Shown here: positions 25,943 through 32,000 of the stretch, one piece after another
How positions within the stretch are numbered: position 1 is the first letter of the stretch
Layout of the letters: each line of letters begins with the position of its first letter
Origin: an unicellular cyanobacterium SU2
Lineage (GTDB): Bacteria; Cyanobacteriota; Cyanobacteriia; Cyanobacteriales; Microcystaceae
Direction of reading: 5' to 3'
Length of the DNA: 32,000 bases
Assembly (NCBI GenBank): GCA_002110465.1
Contig: NEED01000028.1
Location: 44,903 to 76,902, forward strand
Notes under the pieces: model-generated
Told to the model about the DNA's origin: nothing
The model's database searches: none
Seen by the model: the letters and a program-made list of their open reading frames with translations, nothing else
Program-made: the position numbers and the translations under genes

Positions 25943-26848
25943 GTGACTAAACCAGACTTTATTATTATTGGGGCTGCGAAATCAGGGACAACAACTCTTT
26001 ATCAGTATTTGTGCCGTCATCCTCAAATCTATATGAGTACGCCAAAAGAGCCTGATTTTTTTTCTCTTGATAGTAACTATACTAAAGGGATAGAATGGTA
26101 CGAGTCTTTGTTTGATGAGGCTAAACCTCATCAAATTTGTGGAGAAGCATCAACTACTTACTCACGATGGCATCAACATCCCTTGGCAGTCGAACGAATT
26201 GCGAATCATCTTCCCCATGTCAAATTAATATATATTATGCGCCATCCTGTTGATCGTGCTTATTCATTTTATGTGCATCGATTGGGAGGAAGTCAATTGA
26301 ACCCAGAATTAGCATCCGCTAGAAATGAGTTGATAACAGCCGAAACTTTTGAGGAGGCGATCATTCAACAAAGTGAGTTTATAGATAGCAGTTACTACTG
26401 GGAACAAATTGAAAAATATTTACCTTTTTTTCCGCCAGAGTCTTTTCTATTTCTTTTAATGGAAGATTTGATTAATGAGCCCACTAATGTACTCATTAAA
26501 ATCTGCCAGTTTCTTGGCGTTGATGACAATGTTGATCTTATGCCAAAAGGAGCTATAATTGCTAATCAAGCAGGTGATAAATCTAAAAAATTTCATCAGA
26601 GACAGTTAAGACAATCTATTAAATCTATCCCTTTAGTCAAATATGCTACTAAACTTTTTCCAAAACATTTCAAAAAGAGTATCTATGAAATCCTTGGACA
26701 ACTGAGAAACAACAATGAGAAAACTAAGCTCTATGTTCCTCCTAAAATGTTACCTGAAACTCGCCAGAGTCTCATAGATAAATTTCGAGAGCCTAATCAA
26801 AAGCTTGCTCAATTTCTTAACCGCGACTTATCTCACTGGAACCAATAA
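25943..26848 (+). CDS. PAPS-dependent sulfotransferase
   Basis: GTG start, 7 nt after AAGGAG. 5'-phosphosulfate loop PDFIIIGAAKSGTTTLYQYL. 3'-phosphate motif IYIMRHPVDRAYSFY. Confidence 0.85.
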   Translation: MTKPDFIIIGAAKSGTTTLYQYLCRHPQIYMSTPKEPDFFSLDSNYTKGIEWYESLFDEAKPHQICGEASTTYSRWHQHPLAVERIANHLPHVKLIYIMRHPVDRAYSFYVHRLGGSQLNPELASARNELITAETFEEAIIQQSEFIDSSYYWEQIEKYLPFFPPESFLFLLMEDLINEPTNVLIKICQFLGVDDNVDLMPKGAIIANQAGDKSKKFHQRQLRQSIKSIPLVKYATKLFPKHFKKSIYEILGQLRNNNEKTKLYVPPKMLPETRQSLIDKFREPNQKLAQFLNRDLSHWNQ

Positions 26849-26895
26849 TTGCTTGTAGCATCTACTATTTAGAGAATTTACAAAGGAGCTTTGCC

Positions 26896-27726
26896 ATGAA
26901 AACAGCCGAATTAACATTTTGTCTGGACGCCGATTACTTAAATGACTTAGCTAATAAGTATCATGACCAGTATATTAACGCCGATCCATTTCCTCATATT
27001 GTGATCGACAATTTTTTACCTGAAACTATCTTGGAAAAAGTTTTAGAGGAATTTCCCACAACAACGGCGGAAGGCTGGCGAAATTTTGAGCTAAAAACCG
27101 AGAAAAAGTTAGATTCTTTTCCCGAGTTGAAGATGGGAGAAATGACTCGTTTTCTTCTGTATCAGCTTAACTCATCAGTTTTTATGGAGTTTTTAGAAAA
27201 ACTAACTGGAATACCTGGTATTATTCCTGATCCCTATTTCTTGGGAGGAGGAATTCATCAGATTGAACGAGGAGGATTTCTAAAGATTCATGTGGATTTC
27301 AATAAGCACACAAGAATGAAGGTAGATCGCCGTTTAAATCTCCTCATTTACCTTAATAAAGATTGGAAAGAAGAATACGGTGGACACTTTGAATTATGGA
27401 ATCGAGATGTAAGTGCTTGCAAGAATAAAATTCTTCCCATTTTCAACCGTTGCGTTATTTTTAGCACCTCAGATTTTTCATACCATGGACATCCAGACCC
27501 CCTAAATTGTCCAGAGGGAATGACACGCAAATCATTAGCACTTTACTATTATAGTAATGGACGACCGGCTGAAGAAACTTCAAATAAGCACTCTACTTTA
27601 TTTAAAGAACGTCCAGGGGATAATTTAAACATTAATTCTGGTTCCAAGAAAAAGAAAAGTATCGCTAGTCAACTGTTACCTCCCATTGTTTTTGATTTAT
27701 ACCGTCGAGTTTCTAGGAATCAATAG
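26896..27726 (+). CDS. 2OG-Fe(II) oxygenase (prolyl-4-hydroxylase-like fold)
   Basis: 276 aa, with AAGGAG upstream. Facial triad candidates are H-V-D in GFLKIHVDFNKH and distal His in FSYHGHPDP. Basic 2OG-binding residue in MTRKSLALYYYS. Confidence 0.8.
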   Translation: MKTAELTFCLDADYLNDLANKYHDQYINADPFPHIVIDNFLPETILEKVLEEFPTTTAEGWRNFELKTEKKLDSFPELKMGEMTRFLLYQLNSSVFMEFLEKLTGIPGIIPDPYFLGGGIHQIERGGFLKIHVDFNKHTRMKVDRRLNLLIYLNKDWKEEYGGHFELWNRDVSACKNKILPIFNRCVIFSTSDFSYHGHPDPLNCPEGMTRKSLALYYYSNGRPAEETSNKHSTLFKERPGDNLNINSGSKKKKSIASQLLPPIVFDLYRRVSRNQ

Positions 27727-27790
27727 CTAAAAAGCTTAAGAAGCTTTCTTGAATTGTTAGAATATTGACGTGTTTGTATAATTGCCTATT

Positions 27791-29191
27791 ATGAGTCCCC
27801 AAGCGCAATTAGTAATGCTGCTGTGGCCGATAGCTATTTATTTCCTGTTTACTCGTTTTCCAAGCCAGAAAGCGGTTATTATCTCTTTTATAGTGGCTTG
27901 GCTATTTTTGCCTCAAAAGACGAGTTTCAATTTTATCGGCCTTCCTGACTATGATCGAATGTCAGCGACTTGTTACAGCATCTTTATTGCTACTCTAGTT
28001 TTTGATTTTCAGCGATTTAAAAGCTATAAATTTAGCTTAATCGATTTACCAATTATTGTTCTAAGTATCTGTCCTTTGTTCTCGTCGCTGTCTAATGGTC
28101 TTGGAGTTTACGATGGTTTATCTTCAGTCTTGACTAGTACAGTTCGTTATGGATTCCCGTATTTTTTAGGTCGCCTTTATTTGGGCAATTTGTTAGGGAT
28201 GAAGCAATTAGCTATCTCTATTTTCGTCAGTGGATTGATATATGCCCCTCTATGTTTATATGAGGTGAGAATGAGTCCACAGCTACATCGGATGGTTTAT
28301 GGTTTTATGGGACAACGTCAGTTCTCTCAATCAATCCGTTTAGGTGGCTATCGGCCGACTGTTTTCCTATTCCATGGACTTAGTGTCGGGATGTGGATGA
28401 TGGCGGCTACACTTATCGGGTTTTGGTTATGGCGATCAGGTACCTTAAAAAAATTGTGGAATATACCTATGGTTTGGCTAGTGGCTGGACTGCTAGTAAC
28501 ATTCTTATTGATTAAATCAACAGCAGCCTACGCCTATTTCGCTTATGGCCTATTTGTCTTCTTTTCTGTGAAATGGTTTAAAACGAGTTTTCCTCTATTA
28601 TTGTTGATAATTTCTATCTATCTCTATATATTTTTAGCTGCAAGTGGGAATTTTTCAGATGAAATTGCTAATCAGGTTCTAGAATTTTTATCTCAGATAT
28701 TTCCTGAAGATAGATTGGACTCTTTGGCATATCGATTTAATAATGAGGATATATTGATTGACAAGGCACTTGAAAGACCTATTTTAGGTTGGGGTGGATG
28801 GGGGCGAAACCGAGTCTTTGAGTATAATTGGACAGGAGAGTTGGTCGATATTACTGTGACTGATAGTTTATGGATTATTTCTTTTGGGGTTAATGGGTTA
28901 GTTGGGTTAATTAGTATTTTCTCTGTATCCTTGTTACCATCCTTAGTGTTTGTCTGGTCAAGGATAAAATATCCAGCTCGTTTATGGAGTCATCCCAAAC
29001 TAGCTCCTGTTGCAGTTTTAGCAGTAGTGATAGTTTTATATATGTTGGACTGCACTCTCAATAATCAATATAATCCAGTATTTATGTTAATTTCAGGTGG
29101 GTTAGCGGCGTTCGTGGTAAAAGAGTCAAAGATGATTTCAAATAAAGATAGACCGAGAAAAAAAATTACTAATGCTATAACCCCCAACTAG
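27791..29191 (+). CDS. O-antigen ligase / Wzy-type polymerase-like integral membrane protein
   Basis: Track start TTG 27782; ATG 27791 preferred. About 10-12 TM helices with one larger loop (EIANQVLEFLSQIFPEDRLDSLAYRFNNEDILIDKALERPILGWGGWG). This matches the Wzy_C/O-antigen ligase arrangement. The call rests on topology and context. Confidence 0.65.
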   Translation: MSPQAQLVMLLWPIAIYFLFTRFPSQKAVIISFIVAWLFLPQKTSFNFIGLPDYDRMSATCYSIFIATLVFDFQRFKSYKFSLIDLPIIVLSICPLFSSLSNGLGVYDGLSSVLTSTVRYGFPYFLGRLYLGNLLGMKQLAISIFVSGLIYAPLCLYEVRMSPQLHRMVYGFMGQRQFSQSIRLGGYRPTVFLFHGLSVGMWMMAATLIGFWLWRSGTLKKLWNIPMVWLVAGLLVTFLLIKSTAAYAYFAYGLFVFFSVKWFKTSFPLLLLIISIYLYIFLAASGNFSDEIANQVLEFLSQIFPEDRLDSLAYRFNNEDILIDKALERPILGWGGWGRNRVFEYNWTGELVDITVTDSLWIISFGVNGLVGLISIFSVSLLPSLVFVWSRIKYPARLWSHPKLAPVAVLAVVIVLYMLDCTLNNQYNPVFMLISGGLAAFVVKESKMISNKDRPRKKITNAITPN

Positions 29192-29241
29192 ATTAGATCA
29201 CCTGGAGACAGTTGGGGGAATTGACAGTAAAATCAGGAAAA

Positions 29242-29268
29242 TTGAGCAGTTATCCCACAATTGCTCAA
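29242..29268. terminator. Hairpin between convergent genes (possible bidirectional terminator)
   Basis: TTGAGCA (29242-29248) / TGCTCAA (29262-29268), 13-nt loop. CTTTATT follows on the plus strand and TTTTCCTGATTTT follows on the minus strand. It sits 2 nt from the stop of the minus-strand sulfotransferase. Confidence 0.4.
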
Positions 29269-29270
29269 CT

Positions 29271-30311
29271 TTATTGAGACTTCTTCCTACCTATTAAAGT
29301 CTTCAAGTAGGCTACTACTGAACTACGTTTATCTGCTCTTGTAATGATCCTCTTAGTTTTATATACAGTGAAGTTGAAAGAAGTCATTAGTAGATCGGGA
29401 ATATCTTGAATTTTTGGCTTCGCTCCCTTCAAATCATAGCCAAATTCTTTCATATAGCTTCTCGTAATTGTCTCACAAAGCCAAGATTCTGTTGAGGTTA
29501 TAGTATTTCGCTTTTTAGAATTAAATGAACTATTGCTACCTTGATTAGTAATCGGTTCTGATAAGCTAGTTTCTAAAAAGTTAGCTATATTGGAAGCAAC
29601 TTCATCAGGATTAGCAATAAGTTTTTCAAACTGAACAATCATTAGAGGAGCAACTTGTTTGGCGGCAAATTCCTTTGCTTTTTCACAAGCCATGTTCCAG
29701 TAAAGAGCATAAGCAAGAGGATGATAGTCATGGGGATGACCATCTTGGGTATTCACATATTTTTTAGAAGCCATCATATTTCTGGGATCACGCATAATAA
29801 AAATGAAACGAGTTCCTGGAAAAAGCTTTAACAACTCGTCCATGTGCATAAAATCCTGGGGAGTCTTATAGCCCCAACGATTACACCCGTGATGCAGTGC
29901 AAGGCGCATCATCCATTCTTCTAAAAGTTCATACCAGTAGACATCACAATTGCTAAATGTTTCTATGACTGATGCTTTCATTTTGTCTACATCTTCAAAG
30001 GTACATTTAGGTTTTAAAAAATTCTTTTGATTTTTAATCCGTCCTCGTACAGACCAAGCCAAATCATTAACTAATTGCTCAAGTTGTTGAGGGGTTAATT
30101 TTCCTTTGATATTTAAACCCTGGACTCTTTGATAAATATAAAGATCATCATAAACATACCAATCTTCTAATGTTGATAAAACATGAGCCAAGAAAGAGGA
30201 ACCACTCCTAGGAAGTCCAACCACAATTACTGGAGGTTGAGACGTCTTGACAACAGGAGAGGTGGAAAAAAGAGGAGAGTCAGAAGGGGTTCTCGATTGT
30301 GTTATGACCAT
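29271..30311 (-). CDS. PAPS-dependent sulfotransferase (second, divergent)
   Basis: 346 aa. 5'-PSB loop VIVVGLPRSGSSFLAHVL. 3'-PB motif FIFIMRDPRNMMAS. Confidence 0.8.
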   Translation of the reverse strand: MVITQSRTPSDSPLFSTSPVVKTSQPPVIVVGLPRSGSSFLAHVLSTLEDWYVYDDLYIYQRVQGLNIKGKLTPQQLEQLVNDLAWSVRGRIKNQKNFLKPKCTFEDVDKMKASVIETFSNCDVYWYELLEEWMMRLALHHGCNRWGYKTPQDFMHMDELLKLFPGTRFIFIMRDPRNMMASKKYVNTQDGHPHDYHPLAYALYWNMACEKAKEFAAKQVAPLMIVQFEKLIANPDEVASNIANFLETSLSEPITNQGSNSSFNSKKRNTITSTESWLCETITRSYMKEFGYDLKGAKPKIQDIPDLLMTSFNFTVYKTKRIITRADKRSSVVAYLKTLIGRKKSQ

Positions 30312-30895
30312 TGAATAACTACGACTGTTTGACGCAACCTATAAATTGATACTATAAGCATATATTACTATAGCAGTTTTCATACTGAACATGAAATTTT
30401 AAGGGCTAACACAACTTTCTCAAAATCTTGTGTTGTTTATCTTAGGCATTTTCCTTCAAGTTTAAGAAGAGTCTTCTGATTTTTCAAAGTTAGATTCTGT
30501 TAAGTAAGTAGGTAGGCAACAATAAACACCAGTTTGCCGTAAGTCATGATCGAGTTTAGAATCTTGAATGGATCGATGCTCAATTCCTAAGACGAACTTT
30601 TATATTTTACGTTTAATTCTCCCTCCTTAACTTACATTTATTCCATATGCTTCTGTATTAGAGACAGATACAATCTTGTTCTACTGGAAAACCCAACCAT
30701 CGATAGTAGGGTTAACCGTCTCAAACAACAAACTAACACAAATTATAATATTTTCTATACTCTTATATAGTTCATAAAAATATCCCTCACAATCAAATAT
30801 GATCAATTCTAGAAACAAGGGAACAAAAAAGATCCTGTAGATAACAATTATTGAGCTATATCTATCTCGAGAACTCACAGTATTCTACAACAACG

Positions 30896-32000
30896 ATGCA
30901 ACCAACTAACCCGAATCAATTTACTGAAAAAGCCTGGGAAGCTATTGTCCGAACTCCCGATATTGCCAAACAACATAGTCATCAACAAATTGAAAGTGAA
31001 CATCTCATGGCCTCTCTACTTGAACAGGAGGGGTTGGCTATTAGCATCTTTAATAAAGCAGATATTAGTGTTCAACGTCTGCGAGATAAAACAGAAGACT
31101 TTATCCGTCGTCAGCCTAAAGTCTCTAACCCTGGAGAGTCTGTTTATTTAGGACGCAGTTTAGATAGTCTTTTTGATAGAGCTGAACAGTTTCGGAAAGA
31201 CTTTGGTGATGATTATATTTCTGTTGAACATTTACTGTTAGCATACGCCAAAGATGACCGTTTTGGCAAAGCTTTATTCCAAGAATTTAGTCTGAATGAA
31301 ACTAAACTAAAAGAGATTATTAAACAAGTGCGAGGAACTCAAAAAGTGACCGACCAAAACCCAGAAGGAAAATATGAAGCCCTAGAAAAATATGGTCGAG
31401 ATTTAACTCAATTAGCTAGAGAAGGTAAACTTGATCCTGTAATTGGACGAGATGATGAAATTCGTCGTACCATTCAAATTCTTTCTCGTCGTACCAAAAA
31501 TAATCCTGTTTTAATTGGGGAACCTGGGGTTGGTAAAACGGCAATTGTAGAAGGGTTGGCACAACGAATTATTAACCGTGACGTTCCCGAATCTTTGCGA
31601 GATAGAAAATTAATTGCTTTGGATATGGGGGCATTAATTGCCGGGGCAAAATATCGCGGAGAATTTGAAGAACGTCTTAAAGCAGTTCTCAAAGAAGTAA
31701 CCGATTCCCAGGGGAATATTATCATGTTCATCGACGAAATTCATACCGTCGTTGGCGCAGGGGCAACCCAAGGGGCAATGGATGCAGGAAACCTCTTAAA
31801 ACCAATGTTAGCGCGGGGAGAATTGCGCTGTATTGGGGCAACAACCCTCGATGAATATCGGAAGTATATCGAAAAAGATGCAGCCCTAGAACGGCGTTTT
31901 CAAGAGGTTATGGTTAATGAACCCAATGTGGTTGATACTATTTCGATTTTACGGGGACTAAAAGAACGGTACGAAGTCCACCACGGGGTCAAAATTGCCG
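30896..32000 (+). CDS. clpB: Chaperone ClpB, 5' part (continues beyond the window)
   Basis: Absent from the ORF track because no stop occurs before the window end. From ATG 30896: [48 protein letters not shown]... (Clp_N). Then [47 protein letters not shown] (Walker A), [15 protein letters not shown] (Walker B) and ALERRFQ. Confidence 0.95.
   Translation, partial: MQPTNPNQFTEKAWEAIVRTPDIAKQHSHQQIESEHLMASLLEQEGLAISIFNKADISVQRLRDKTEDFIRRQPKVSNPGESVYLGRSLDSLFDRAEQFRKDFGDDYISVEHLLLAYAKDDRFGKALFQEFSLNETKLKEIIKQVRGTQKVTDQNPEGKYEALEKYGRDLTQLAREGKLDPVIGRDDEIRRTIQILSRRTKNNPVLIGEPGVGKTAIVEGLAQRIINRDVPESLRDRKLIALDMGALIAGAKYRGEFEERLKAVLKEVTDSQGNIIMFIDEIHTVVGAGATQGAMDAGNLLKPMLARGELRCIGATTLDEYRKYIEKDAALERRFQEVMVNEPNVVDTISILRGLKERYEVHHGVKIA

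Noticed and set aside
27348-27530. Minus-strand ORF inside the 2OG oxygenase gene
   Set aside because: It is an antisense shadow, and the sense frame carries the oxygenase motifs.
27731-27747. Hairpin AAAGCTT-AAG-AAGCTTT after the 2OG oxygenase gene as a terminator
   Set aside because: The 7-bp A/T-rich stem has a 3-nt loop and no U-tract. It is too weak, and the flanking genes look co-transcribed.
30681-30878. 65-aa minus-strand ORF upstream of clpB
   Set aside because: It is an AT-rich, low-complexity peptide with no RBS. It lies in the clpB / sulfotransferase divergent promoter region.
30945-31731. ORFs 30945-31151 (+) and 31474-31731 (-)
   Set aside because: They are out-of-frame and antisense shadows of clpB. 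The clpB frame (from ATG 30896) is open to the end of the window and carries the Clp_N and Walker motifs.

Overview
AT-rich cyanobacterial chromosomal segment. Support for the taxon: nine copies of the HIP1 octamer GCGATCGC, plus chlP, two Tic22-like genes and cyanobacterial-type sdhA and clpB. All family assignments come from reading the translations and recalling motifs; no searches were run. The backbone is housekeeping: chlP, carA, a minus-strand run pyk-gpmA-DUF1269-kptA-P450, a PAP2/GT39 pair, prmC, sdhA, and the 5' part of clpB. clpB runs off the window and is absent from the ORF track. Four accessory or decayed patches sit between these genes. (1) 1.4-3.0 kb holds a zeta-toxin-like P-loop kinase gene split by a 216-nt MITE-like element, with an overlapping small downstream ORF and a second small two-ORF pair. 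(2) 17.2-17.8 kb holds a transposase relic with an in-frame TGA, next to a compactly folding GC-rich ~100-nt element. (3) 19.1-21.0 kb holds a coiled-coil tail-anchored protein, an ORF whose frame is open well upstream of any canonical start, and a truncated orphan RelE/ParE toxin. (4) 22.7-30.3 kb is the most system-like block. It comprises a GT2::GtrA fusion, a Wzx-type flippase, two PAPS-type sulfotransferases, a P4H-like 2OG-Fe(II) oxygenase and a Wzy/O-antigen-ligase-like protein. I read it as a compact, probably uncharacterised sulfated-glycan module. No rRNA, tRNA or CRISPR array was seen.
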